This document shows, in pieces, positions 1 through 12,460 of a DNA stretch of 64,000 nucleotides. Numbering within the stretch: position 1 is the stretch's first letter; every line of letters starts with the position of its first letter. The notes under the pieces are model-generated. The model worked only from the letters and a program-made list of their open reading frames with translations, was not told where the DNA came from and did no database searches. Origin of the DNA: Octopus sinensis (Eukaryota); NCBI RefSeq assembly GCF_006345805.1, contig NC_043005.1, positions 80,352,001 to 80,416,000 of the forward strand, in the 5' to 3' direction. The position numbers and the translations under genes are program-made.

Positions 1-472
1 TCACGGTCGTAGGATCACGGTTTCGTTTCCAAGACCGGGCATTGTGAGTGTGTATTGAGCGAAAACATCAAAAGCTCCACGAGGCTCCGGCAAGGGGTAG
101 TGGTGAACCCTGCTGTACTCTTTCACCACAACTTTCTCTCACTCTTTCTTCCTGTTTCTGTTGTACCTGTATTTCAAAGGACCAGCCATGTCACACTCTG
201 TGTCACGCTGAATCTCCCTGAGAACTACGTTAGGGGTACACGTGTCTGTGGAGTATTCAGCCACTTACACGTTAATAAATGAGCTGTGACGTCACTGGTG
301 CCAAGCTGCATCAGCCTTTGCCTTTCCCTTGGATAACATCGGTGGCGTGGAGAAGGGAGGCTGGTATGCATGGGCGACTGCTGGTCTTCTATAAACAACC
401 TTTCCCAGACTTGTGCCTTGGGGGGTAACTTTCTAGGTACGATCACATGGTCATTCATGACGGAAAGGGGTC
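1..472 (+). mobile_element. SINE group A (tRNA-Arg-like head, cut by window start) joined to a group D tail
   Basis: 1-275 aligns by eye with the full copy at 3767-4133; 278-472 aligns with the 3' half of the D copy at 14340-14543. Confidence 0.85.
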
Positions 473-700
473 ACAACAACAATGTTGTTAGTGCTACTGG
501 TTGGATATAACTCTCTATAATCTGGTGCACGGTATCGACGTTGGTGTCTAAAGCGGTAAACCTATCAAGCTAGCTTGGTGAGGAGGGTGGTTTTCAAGGA
601 CACCTTAGAACACGAAAAACAAAGCCCGTGATAGGACGAATGATGTCAATAGAATCAACGGCCATCGAGCAACTGAGAGTGAGAAGCTCCTACTCTTTAC

Positions 701-806
701 ATATGGCGTAGTGGTTAGGAGCGCGGGCTACTAACCCCAAGACTCCGAGTTAGATTCCAGGCAGTGACCTGAATAATAATACTAATAAAAAAATTTTAAA
801 AATAAA

Positions 807-873
<67 letters not shown>

Positions 874-1050
874 TCGAAAAATACCTTAGGGATTAGAACC
901 CGGGTTCGAAATTTCCCCAAGACACCTGATGAAGGCTGGAGAGTATATCAGGCGAAAGGTTGTGTTAACAACAAGCAAGATGAGGACAAATGTCCGTCAA
1001 ATCTAAATAATGTAAATAATGTACATAATTCTTCATCGCTTAGACTAGAA
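701..1050 (+). mobile_element. tRNA-headed SINE-like element with (AAT)n spacer and hammerhead-bearing tail, copy 1
   Basis: A-box TGGCGTAGTGG at 704-714, B-box-like GTTAGATTCC ~749-758, (AAT)n ~772-870, then GACAC-CTGATGA...GAAA..GTGTT at 921-966. Homologous to 37164-37453 and 58303-58613. Confidence 0.8.
921..966 (+). ncRNA. Minimal type I hammerhead ribozyme motif, mutated
   Basis: Core CTGATGA (926-932) and GAAA (954-957) present; stem II right arm reads CAGGC instead of CAGCC and stem III reads AGGT, so probably inactive. Confidence 0.6.
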
Positions 1051-1600
1051 CTCCTAGTCTTTTTGTAGAACTCACTGGTAGAAGGAAATTCCAGAATAAT
1101 ACCCATTTCATTCCGAAGCAGATCTAAATGTTGATTATTTCTGGACTACTTGGCTTTGTAGGCGAGAGTCTTAGCAGTGTTGTGCAAGCTGTTATTGATT
1201 TTAAATTCCAGCAGGGTCTTAACATCTAGAGTAAGATAATTTGTCAGTGACGATCATACGTGTACGTATGTATTGTATGTATGTATGTATGTATGTATGT
1301 TTGTATGTATTATCTATGTATGTATTTATAGATATATATGTATGCATGTATATATGATTTTTCTTTGAGTTTTAAGTTCTTCTTGGGAGAGTTCAACCCG
1401 GTCATTAACAAAGCGAGAGTTCTAGGTATTTAAAAATAATTGGTTCAGTTGGTGTGTTGATTGAATTATCGATGCATACACCCAATTGTGTGCATCTATT
1501 CACATAAGAATCTTACATGGATAATTTTTGGAAAATCTTACAAATCTTTATTTTTCCACTAATAGATTGGATTTGGATTTGGAGAATCCACGTCTTCCGT
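1030..1600 (-). mobile_element. Decayed repeat, probably a Penelope-like 5' region (pseudo-LTR plus ORF start)
   Basis: Reverse complement of 1340-1600 is visibly homologous to 59915-60420 (shared ACGTGGATTCTCCA, TATTAGTGG, TCTTATGTGAATAGATGC). 1030-1255 translates to a stop-interrupted peptide loosely like PLE N-termini. Confidence 0.4.
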
Positions 1601-4600
1601 AAGACAGTATTTCATGATTTTCTAGTAATATATCCTTGCATAGTCTTCTGTTCATATAGGCTCATCCTTTCATGTGATGATATGTTGCGGTAGAGTCGTG
1701 CGACGTCTTTGGGCATGTATCTTATGTTAACAGACAAAGAATATTGCTCAAGGAGCTGCCTTCCAAGTCTATAATGTTATCAGCCTCATGTACGCAACTT
1801 GGTCAAGTGATGCACATCAACACTTGGTGGTTAAAAGATCTTGCCGAAGGGATATGCGACATTCAAAGGTAATTTGGATCGATGTTATGCATCTGCCGCC
1901 ATTTTTTCGTTTTATGTAAAGGCGGTCTACGTCACAGTCTACATGGAAATTATATGTCCTTGGTAGTATTATTCGGGTTTTCCTATCAATAGCTCAGATC
2001 TCATCAAGCGTCCAATCAAGCAGCCCAAATGTTGATATGAGTACTGGTACTGCAAACACATTGTAGGCCACTGTTTTATTGAATGCAGAAGTTTCTGAGG
2101 TCCAAATTTTCTTTATTCAGCTGTAATATTCTTTAGTGACACATGTTTTATTACAGGTGCCATGGTAAGATATATATTTTCATCCACCCCTAGATACCTG
2201 TAATATTCTTCGTCAGATACAGGGGAGACAGTCTAATCATTGATGGAGATATTACTAGTCTGGTTTATAGTTTTCCCCCGTTTCACAACCATATAACAAC
2301 ATTTATCCTGACCAAACTCCAAACCTCCATCCTTTGGCAATCTTGTAGCTACGTCAAGGCCCTTTTTCATCTCATGCATATTCTCTGCATAAAATTGTAA
2401 GTCACACACAACGAAACAGAGTGTAATTTTGGTATTTCTGTTTACTTGTGAACCAGTGAGATAACCTTCAAACTTCCTTAACATGAACGGCAAGGGGCTT
2501 ACAGAAAGTATAAACAACATCACAGAGAGGCTATCTCCTTGGAGTATGCCTTTGCGATACTGTATTCTATCGGTGATAATACAGTCACAGTTTGTGTTTA
2601 ATATGAAGACGGTGGCCCACGATGAAATCAGGTCAGCTATAGCTTTGACTATTCTCACTGGAACATTAGCAAGTTGAAAGGCTTCTAGCATCCATGAGTG
2701 GAGAACAGAGTCAAAGTCTTTCTTGTAGTCTAGCCACATTGAATCTAGGTTTCTCCTATGCTCTCGCACCTGACATCACAGCTTTGTTAATTAACAATTG
2801 CTCGACACATCCCCAGACTCCCTTCTTCCCAGCTGCTTGTTCTGCTGTGATAATGTTATTAGCTTCACTATGTTCATGGAAGAGAAGGTTCAAACATGCT
2901 GTGCATATCCAATATATTAAGCAATAGTTTTTTGCCGTGTGGGTGGTTCTGCATTTGGGGATCAATTTTGTCTCTGCAAGAGCTAACCAATGTGTTATGC
3001 TACTGTTCCCAATGAAAGCTTGCTGGTATAGATTGATAAGATATAGTTGGTAGAATGTTAGCTTCTTGTACCAAAATCCAACAATCAAGTCTCTTCCAGG
3101 TGCTTTTCTATTCTGGAGTTTCTGGATCAGTTGCAAGAGTCTTACCACCAATGTATTTCTTGGATGTAACGCAGAAGCTATAACTTTTCCGGATTTTTTC
3201 CAGTCACAGAGCAAGCTTAGTTAAACTCCTCTTCACTCCAGATTTTCTAGGAGGAATCTATGTCTTCTCGTGAAGGACCTTCTGTGATGTTTACTATTCC
3301 TCCTCTCATGTCTCTGTATACTGTTGCCTGATTGCGATAACATTTTTCGGTTATTGTTCTTCTCTCGGTTATTCTCTTCTGATGCGGAAGATTTTTACAG
3401 ACGGGTTTTAGCTCCTGCTTGAGGGCAATCAGTTTGCAAGAGACTGTCTCCTTTTTACTGTCTCCAAACATCATTTTTATCTCCTTTACTTTCTGCTGGT
3501 GGGACGTATAATGATTTGTTTGTATGCATGCAATAAGCATCATTACATAACTGATAGTCTTCCATAAACCAGTTACTTTTTTCTCTGTCTTGAAAAACAA
3601 ACCCATATTGGTACTTTGTTTTTGTTTCGGTTTTACAATAGTAGCCAGTGCATATAGACAGGCGTTAATCTGCCAGTATGTGGATTGATCACATTTTTGT
3701 AAATACTCTTTTCGTTAACAGACTTTAATACCATATCTAGTGGTTTTTTTATTTACTTTGGTAGAGTGGAGGCGCAATGGCCCAGTGGTTAGGGCAGTGG
3801 ACTCGCGGTCATAGGTTCGCGGTTTCGATTCCCAGACCGGGCGTTGTGAGTGTTTATTGAGCGAAAACACCTAAAGCTCCACGAGGCTCCGGCAGGGGAT
3901 GGTGGTGATCCCTGCTGTACTCTTTCACCACAACTTTCTCTCACTCTTACTTCCTGTTTCTGTTGTACCTGTATTTCACTCTCTGTGTCACGCTGAATAT
4001 CCCCGAGAACTACGTTAAGGGTACACGTGTCTGTGGAGCGCTCAGCCACTTACACGTTAATTTCACGAGCAGGCTGTTCCGTTGATCGGATCAACCGGAA
4101 CCCTCATCGTCGTAACCGACCGAGTGCTTCCAATTTGGTAGAGAATACTCTCTCCTCGAGAGAGTCCTTCAAAGCCAAAGTTATTTTGTCTGGGAAAATT
4201 TCAGTAAGGGCACATTTCACTGGCATACAATCTTGACTACCATTACCGATACAATAATCGTTGCGATTGTACCTGCTATTTACTATAGTCGTAGTAGGGG
4301 GACCGTGGTTAGTTACTTGAACCAGTAAGGTAGTTTGTTCAGCGGGCACAATGAAATCTATTTGAATGCCGCTAGCTGCGAAACCACGTGGTGGTCTTAT
4401 ATCATTCACGTTTTGGTTTTGGTTTATAGAGTTTGGAAGAAGGTCTATTTTCGAGTTCTTAATAAAGTTACAGCTACTAACCTTCTTCTTATGTTCTACA
4501 AACGTTACTTGTTGGCGTAGTTGCATCGCAGTAAAATGATTTAATCCTGGATGCAGATCGTCCCCATATGATTTCAATCAATTCATATAGCCAACAGCGG

Positions 4601-4810
4601 TGTTTTGCTTCGCTTCTTTGTAGCACTTAAACAGATCAGTATTCAATTCATAACTTCAAGAAAAACGAGTTTGGTAGTTACGGTTTCTTCTATAACTACA
4701 GTTAGAAAGAGTTTTTTTACCTTTTGAGCTGTTGTTTTCATTCTGTTCCTCGGTTCTGTTGTTGATGTTGTGTCCAGCCACGTTGTTTTGTAGTAACTCT
4801 CTGTATGTTA
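1600..4810 (-). mobile_element. Decayed R4/Dong-clade-like non-LTR retrotransposon (RT region), 3'-truncated, interrupted by a SINE
   Basis: Frameshifted ORFs carry WLDYKKDFDSV, GILQGDSLS, LEFGQDKC, YRYLGVDE and DVDRLYIKRKNGGR motifs typical of R4-clade RT. No restriction-like endonuclease domain is visible. Confidence 0.85.
3767..4133 (+). mobile_element. Full-length SINE group A, tail type T1, with 10-bp target-site duplication
   Basis: tRNA-like head (TGGCCCAGTGG A box, GGTTTCGATTCC B box, TCG in the anticodon position); TTTGGTAGAG duplicated at 3757-3766 and 4134-4143. Confidence 0.92.
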
Positions 4811-5009
4811 AATTCAAGTTTCAGTAGAAAATCACTACAATCGGGAATAAAAGGCTCCCTCAGTTAATTCCTCTGAAGATTAAACAGTTATTTAACAAAG
4901 CTGATAGTTGTGGCGCTTCAAAGTTCGAGATAATATTCATCGTATTTTCGATTAATAGTCTCCCACGCCAAATACGCGATTTCTCGCTTCAAATATATGT
5001 ATATTCGAA

Positions 5010-5365
<356 letters not shown>

Positions 5366-5639
5366 ACTCCCACAAACAGATCATAAAATGTGTCTCCAAG
5401 AACGCCTATAACACCCGTATCAATGCAAGCACTTCAATAGTTTTTTGTCCACCAAATTCCGATGCATGGACCATGGCTGTGGCTTCCACTTTCATATAAT
5501 TCAATTTTGTATTGGAATTCTGGCACCAGTAAATATAACAACTTAACTTGATGTAATATACAGAGTCATGGCTGGAGGCCGGTTAATTTCGAATCTTAGT
5601 AGTACAAAAAAAAAACAGAAAATTTATTTGGTTGTTACC

Positions 5640-5735
5640 TTTTTACTTCTTAGACTCCTTTAAGTTGTTTGCTATGTATTTGTTGACAGCAACATCTATT
5701 GTCATGGCAGCTACAATTGCTTCTTCAGGTATGAT
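5640..5735 (-). mobile_element. Possible RTE-type LINE 3'-end fragment
   Basis: Minus-strand translation EEAIVAAMTNR resembles the RTE C-terminal helix; short and decayed. Confidence 0.3.
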
Positions 5736-8524
5736 GAGAATACTCTGTCACCATTGTAAATTTCGGGTGAAGGGTTGCAGTTGTTTGAATCAAAGCTAGG
5801 ACTCCAAAATATTTATAGCCCCTGGCACACAGAAATCTTGAACATAAAGATCATTATTATTCTAGTGCTTTTAAAACATACTCACGTACATACACACATG
5901 TATGTATATGTTTATGTGGTGTGTGTGAGAGTGAGTGAGAGAGAGAGAAGGAGGGAGAGAGAGAGACCAAATTTCTCTAAATCTAAATGAAAAATAAACT
6001 TTAAAAATTTTGATTCAGAGAAATTTCTATGCATAGGTTGCCATTTTTAAACCAACACCTAATCTCATCTCGTAATTCTTGCCACAAACTTTAATCTTAG
6101 ATTAACTTCCTTATTACTTCCTTCAGTCTAACTTACAATGTCGTCCGCTGTTATAACATCATCATTACTATCATACCAATTATAAGCTTAGAGAATTTAA
6201 GGAAATATTGTACACCTAACGCTGGAAAAAGCATATCATAGTACATATAACATTTTATATTAAGGTAATCTTACTATACAACTTAACATGGATAACTTGT
6301 TACAACACCAAATACTGCATTATTAGCCTCGAGAGATCTTCTCCAATAAGTGCTTGCTGCATAAAAGCACACACGTAGATCGTAGAAGACGAGAATCGGT
6401 CTGTTAGATTTTTAGATTTACTTACTTCTCCTCTATTTTATTTCCCTTTCATATTCCATTATTGTATATCTTTCTATGTTTCTTAAAAGTCAACTCAATT
6501 TGAAGTAAATAATCCAACGATGTAATATAAGTAAACAGTATTTGATATATATATTACTGCAGTGTGCAGGGGATAAAAAAGAAAGGGCGCTGAGAGCGGT
6601 GTTTCTCGTCTACTGAAGGAAATGAATTTACCATTTCATTACAAATTTATCTTTTGATCATAATGACTCCTTTTTATCTGATGAATTCCCTTGCTGCACA
6701 ACATCATTATAATTATTGTTGTTGTATTATTTCTGTAGATGTTATTCTACTGCGCTTATTCTCAGTACGTGTGTGCATGTGTGTGTGTGTGTATGTGTGC
6801 ATGTGATTTTTTCCCATTGTATTGAAATGGTCCAACATAATGCTATTTTCTCAATGCTGTATAACTGTTCAAGTCCTGGCATTTTGTTTCTACATATGTG
6901 TTTGTATCCGTTTCGTTTTACCATTCCTAAGGCATATATGATCATAAAGCTTGTTTCTATTTTCAGCCCCTATGCTATCAACATTTTCCCCCGCTTTTTC
7001 TAATTGGCTATTTTTTCTGTTTTTCCGCTTCGTTGGGAGATATATGGATGTTGGTTGATAGGATTGTTATGAATTAGGAAACGTTTCTTTCCTTCAATAA
7101 TATCTGGACAATTTAGCTTAATCTTCCTTTATGTATCATTCAATATCTCCTAAAATACCTTCCCTTTTCCATTCTCTGAAACCTTTCTTACTTTGTGTTT
7201 GTAACCTTTCTTTCCAGCTAGTATTGTATAATACTGGCATATATCTCAGTATATGAAAGTTCTGCCTATGTCAAATTTGCATACAAACAGGATTTTGTCT
7301 AAACTAAGCAGCCAAACACAATACGACTGATTATTTCTTCATTTTCGTTCGTTGCACATTTTTGATAGTAACTAGTAGTGAGGCTTTGATCTTGAGCTTC
7401 GATCAAGGATGTTTCTCTCTTTTGCTTCTCGATCACTGCGGAGTCCATTCCACTATGTTAAATGTTGCACTAGTTTATGATATGGGAAATGATGGGCTGT
7501 TTTCGTTCCTTTTTTGCTTGGAAAAATATATTTGAATAACAAAATATCTAAAATTCCGACCCAAAATAAATTAACGTTGCGTCGATCATAATATTTTGGA
7601 CTGTTAACCTCATTTATAGAACGGAATTTTTAAATGAGGTACTTATATACAAGTACCTCATTTTCATCTACCTATTACTTCAATCCACTTGAGTAATAAA
7701 GGTAGAATGAGGTATTTTTATCTATTGGCTGAAACAGCTGTAAGTTATTTTCACAATTTATATTCATGTTTTTTAAAATAATTACTGGTATCCTTATATA
7801 TTACTATATTTTATATCTTATATCTTATATCTTATATGTGAAGAATAGTATGTTATATGTATGTATATTATTGTAAATATCAGTATAGTAAATAAATAAG
7901 TTAACGTAATATAATGTCTAAAAGTTGATGAACCACCTATTTATCTTCTCCATTTTTGTATTGCTATATATATATGTGTGTGTACGACAAGCTTCTACTA
8001 AATTTCCGATCAACCAAATCCTCTCACAAAGCCCCTATTACGTCGAGAGCGGACTTACTATGTGCCAAGACAAATACTATGTTTAGACGTCAGTTCTGAA
8101 GTTACTTTTCTCCTTCATTCTAGGTAATTGCTAAATTATCTAGCATGAAGTTTCCATCGAGCCTGCCCACGTTCAAAATATTTGCTAGCCATCAGATTCC
8201 TTCTTCTTATATATAGGACGGGTCACACTATCTAATGTATCCACCCTTTTTAAGCTACACTCCGTAATTTGAAGCTGATTTACATACTTTTCTCTTAAAT
8301 GGAACCGTAGAGTCTTCATCGTTGTCACGAGGGATCGTTACCAGACACAAAAAGTGGCCAAAAATCTTTGAGCTCCTTAGAAGATGTATCACTGATTTGG
8401 GTTTTGTCCATTTATGTCTTGATTTGAAATTACTTCAGACTAAATGAAATATGTGTCAGAGAGATACTCATTTTTGCATTATGTTTAGCGGGATTAGAAC
8501 TTTGTAATTGATTCCTGTGGGAAG

Positions 8525-8880
8525 GCAAACGGCTAAGTGGCCACGGTGTTCATCTCCCGATCGTAATGTCGCCATTTTAATTCCATGCGATGGTAGTGTC
8601 GTCGTTGTGATTCGGTTCATTGTGTCCTTGAGTAAGACACTTTATTTCGCATTGCTCCAGCTCACTCTTCTGGCAAACCTGAGTTATATCTGTATTTCAA
8701 AGGGCCAACTTTCTCGCATTCTGTGACACATTGAATCTCCCTGAGAAATACGTTAAAGGTACGTGTATCTGTGTGGTGCTCACTCACTTCCACCTCGATT
8801 TCACGAGCAGGCTGTCTCACTGATCGGATCAAATTGTAACATCATCGTCGTAATCGACCGAGGGCCAGTATCACATGTAC
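8525..8880 (+). mobile_element. SINE with group D head/core and T1 tail
   Basis: GTGTCCTTGAGTAAGACACTTTATTTC core followed by the T1 tail also found at 3990-4130. Confidence 0.75.
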
Positions 8881-8975
8881 ACAAGACAAATTTCCCTACC
8901 ACCCAAGCAGCATAAACAATAATACATTTTTACTAACCACCAGAGTAACTTGGGAATTATAAAATAAAAGTTGTT

Positions 8976-9345
8976 GGAGTGGCTGTGTAGTAAGAAGCTT
9001 ACCTCCCAGCCTCATGGTTCCGGATTCAATCCCACTGCGTGCCGTCTGGTTCGAGTGACCTTTACTATAGCTTCGGGCCAACCAAAGCTTTGTAAGTAGA
9101 TTTGTTAGACGGGAAATTTGGTAGAAGTTCGTCGTATATATATATATATATATATGGTTCTGTGAGTATGTATTTGTGCTTGTGTTTGTTTCCGCAACAC
9201 TACCACCGATTGGCAACCCGAGGTGGTGTGTTTCCGTCTCTTTAAATTAAGGGTTTGAAAAAGACCGTTGGAATAGGTACCATGCTGAGAAAAAGTTTGT
9301 AAGTGTCTTCACTGTGGTACCCCAGCATGGCCATAGTACAGTGAC
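8976..9345 (+). mobile_element. SINE group C with internal (AT)n
   Basis: Aligns with 49362-49760 and the reverse complement of 43835-44335. Confidence 0.8.
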
Positions 9346-9523
9346 TACTATTTCAAAGGGTTTTCAAGTAAGGGTAACTAAAAGTCGGAGAAAAAATGGA
9401 TTTTAGGAGCGACTAATACAAAGTTTTTTGAGAAAAAATGTGAAAATCGAGAAGCTAGGAAAATGGAGAGAATATACGTATTTAATTTACTGTTTTTCTC
9501 CTTACATGTTGATATGTGTCTAT

Positions 9524-10336
9524 ATTCTTTTCTACTCTAGGCACAAGGCCCGAAATTTTTGAGGAGGGAGCCAGTCGATTAGATTGAACCCAGTACGCAA
9601 CTGCTACTTAATTTATCGACCCCGAAAGATGAAAGGCAAAGTCGACTTCGGCGGAATTTTAACTCAGAACGTAAAGACGGACGAAATACCGCTAAGCATT
9701 TCGCCCGCCGTGCTAACGTCTCTTTTCTACTCTAGACACAAGGCCTGAAATTTTGGGGGAGGGGAGCAGTCGATTAGATCGACCCAAGTATGCAGCTAGT
9801 ACTTAATTTATCGGCTCCGAAAGGAGGAAAGACAAAGTCGACCTCGGTGGAATATGAACTCAAAACGTAAAGACGGTCGAAATACCGCTAATAATTTCTC
9901 CCGGCATACTAGTGTTTCTTATTTCTTTATTGCTCACAAGGGGCTAAACATAGAGGACATAAACAAGGACTGACAAATGGATTAAGTCGATTAGATCAAC
10001 ACCAGTGCGTAACTGGTACTTAATTTATCGACTCCGAAAGGATGAAAGGCAAAGTCGACCTCGGCGGAATTTGAACTGAGAAAGTAACGGTAGACGAAAT
10101 ACCTATTTTTTTACTGCCCACAAGGGGCTAAACACAGAGAGGACAAACAAGGAAAGACAAACGGATTAAGTCGATTATATCGACCCCAGTGCGTAACTGG
10201 TACTTATTTAATCGACACCGAAAGGATCAAAGGCAAAGTCGACCTGGGCGGAATTTGAACTCAGAACATAACGGCAGACAAAATACAGTTACGCATTTCT
10301 CCCGACGTGCTAACGTTTCTGCCAGCTCACCGCCTT
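9524..10336 (-). mobile_element. Head-to-tail array of four SINE group B units
   Basis: Four repeats of the GTCGACTTTGCCTTTCATCCTTTCGGGGTCGATAAATTAAGTACCAG core; two tail types. Confidence 0.92.
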
Positions 10337-10419
10337 GATGCGAAATCCCTAAGGCATGAGCTGACAGAATTGTTGCCACTGCATGCAAAATGTTTAGCTA
10401 CATTTCGTTCATGTGTACA

Positions 10420-10760
10420 TTCTGACTATAAATGCCGCTATAGTCGACTTTGCCTTTCGTCCTGTCGAACTAGCAAAATCAATTACCAGTTGAACACGAG
10501 TCGATGTAATCGATTTATCCCTGAACGTGCTGACATTGTGCCAAAATTTGAAACTAATACTAAGGTGGCGAGCTAGCAGATTTGTTAGCACGCCCGGAAA
10601 AATGCTGAGCGGTGTTTCGTCCGTCTTTGCGTTCTGAGTCTTGATTCCACCACGGGTGACTTCCTCTTAACAGTTCGAGATCGATAAAATCAATACCAGT
10701 TGAACAAGTCCTCCTTCAAAAAATTCTGGCCTTGTGCCAACATTTGAATCCAAAATGTGA
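10420..10760. mobile_element. Two older SINE group B fragments in opposite orientations
   Basis: 10420-10535 core; 10560-10760 begins AAGGTGGCGAGCTAGCAG. Confidence 0.6.
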
Positions 10761-10979
10761 TACCAAGGTTGTGAAATTCCTGATTTAACTGCGTATTTAG
10801 TCATCTTGCAAATATCAACATCATATCCAGAGAATTGATCTCATTGCTAACGACATTTGTAATTTTGAATTTATTCTCTTTACAGTATTAAAAAAAATAT
10901 TTGTCTATTTGTCTTGTTACCTTTTGTCTTCGTGTATCGCCTGTTTTCCCATCGCAATATCGTTCGATGCAGTTATAAC

Positions 10980-11026
10980 TACAGTTGCAGCAGTTGCCCT
11001 AGCCTCAACATAAGCTAACGTTCAAT

Positions 11027-11068
<42 letters not shown>

Positions 11069-11207
11069 ACGGCAGTAGTAGTATTAGCGACTACAACAAC
11101 AGCAGCAGTAGTAGTAGTAGTGGTGGTGGTGGTCATGGGGATGGTACTGATGGTGGCGTACATAGTATTTGTAGTACTGGTGTTTATTGTAGTGGTGGTA
11201 TTGGTAA

Positions 11208-11249
<42 letters not shown>

Positions 11250-11545
11250 CGACAGTTGCAGCAGCAGTGGCAGGAGCAGCAGCGGCAGTAGTAGTAGTGG
11301 TGGTGGTCATGGTGATGGTGCTGATGGTGGTGTGTATAGTATTTGTTGTAGTGGTGATGTTGGTAGGAGCAGCAGCAGCAGCAGTAGTAGTAGTAAGTAG
11401 TAGTAGCAGCAGCAGTTGATGTTGTTGTTGTAGTAGTAGTTGTTGTAGTTGTAGTAGCAGCAGCAGCAGTTGTTGTTGTTGTAGTTGTAGTGGTAGAAGT
11501 AGTATTAGTTGTAGTAGTAGTAGTAGTGGCAGCGGCGGCAGTAGT
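10980..11545. repeat. Mosaic (TAG)n/(CAG)n/(GGT)n trinucleotide array with an internally duplicated unit
   Basis: GGTGGTGGTCATGG.GATGGT.CTGATGGTGG.GT..ATAGTATTTGT occurs at ~11125 and ~11302. Confidence 0.9.
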
Positions 11546-12460
11546 TAGGGCGTTAGACGTGTAGACAGTGCGGAAAAGAAAGATTTAAGATTTACAGAAA
11601 TAATGGAATACAATTACATTGAATGGAAAGAGATATTGAAAGGAGTGAGGGCTCTGATCTCTGACGCAGATATTCCACTACGATTCAAAGATTTCTTTTA
11701 TTATTATTATTATAATAATTTTGTTTGTTTCTTTTTCACAAATATTTCGATTAGAAAGTAAAGCTAACGTTTGATAGTTCTTTTGTTTGGCTAAAGTAAC
11801 GAAAAAAAAAACTCAAATGCAATCGAATGCAAAATGCTATACCAGGCAAAAAAAAAAAAAGAATTCTAGTCTGCAAACTTCTTTAATACCCACGTTCATT
11901 TCTTTGTCTTCGTTATGTTTTATCATTCTCCTTCTTTTCATTTGTAAACCACGTTTCTTTATCTTGCTCATTGTTTGATAGAAATCTCTATTGTTCTTCG
12001 TATTGGTCGTTCGCACGTAACGCCCTCCAGCCATACAACTGCAAGAGATGTCCGCGTTCAAACATGCACGTAGTTACTGTTTAAATTCAGTCAGTTATTT
12101 ATTGCTACACTAAAAACAAAAACAAAAATAATAATAATAAAACGGTTGCAATTGAAGAAAAAATTATTTATTTGAACGATATTCGTTATCAATTATATCA
12201 GACAAGATGTTGGAAATCAATACAAGAGAATAATGTTAGAAATGTTAAAAATCAATAATATTTAAGAAAAGCACACTCTTTTGTTATTATTAAAAGAAAT
12301 TGAAAGAATGCCGCGTCGAAGATAAAGAAAAAAACTCTATGGGTGTGATATTTTCATAGAAAAGGCTTACATTTTTAAAACACGAAATAAAAATGTAGTT
12401 GTTGGGATTAAAAACTATACCAAGAGGACATTTTGAGATATTAAATATTATGAAAATTAA

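Noticed and set aside
3767-3840. tRNA-like sequences (also at 704, 14214, 35298, 45839, 58545, 63757)
   Set aside because: Acceptor and T stems are imperfect and each continues into a SINE body, so they are SINE heads, not tRNA genes.
7635-7655. TGAGGTA, the first bases of let-7
   Set aside because: Similarity stops after 7 nt; the rest does not match let-7.
9524-10336. Regularly spaced repeats resembling a CRISPR array
   Set aside because: Units are ~200-bp SINE copies without unique spacers, in a eukaryotic context with no cas genes.
11005-11419. Mucin-like poly-Thr/Ala ORF and antisense poly-Val ORF
   Set aside because: They arise from a (TAG)/(CAG) trinucleotide array; I found no splice or start context supporting an exon.
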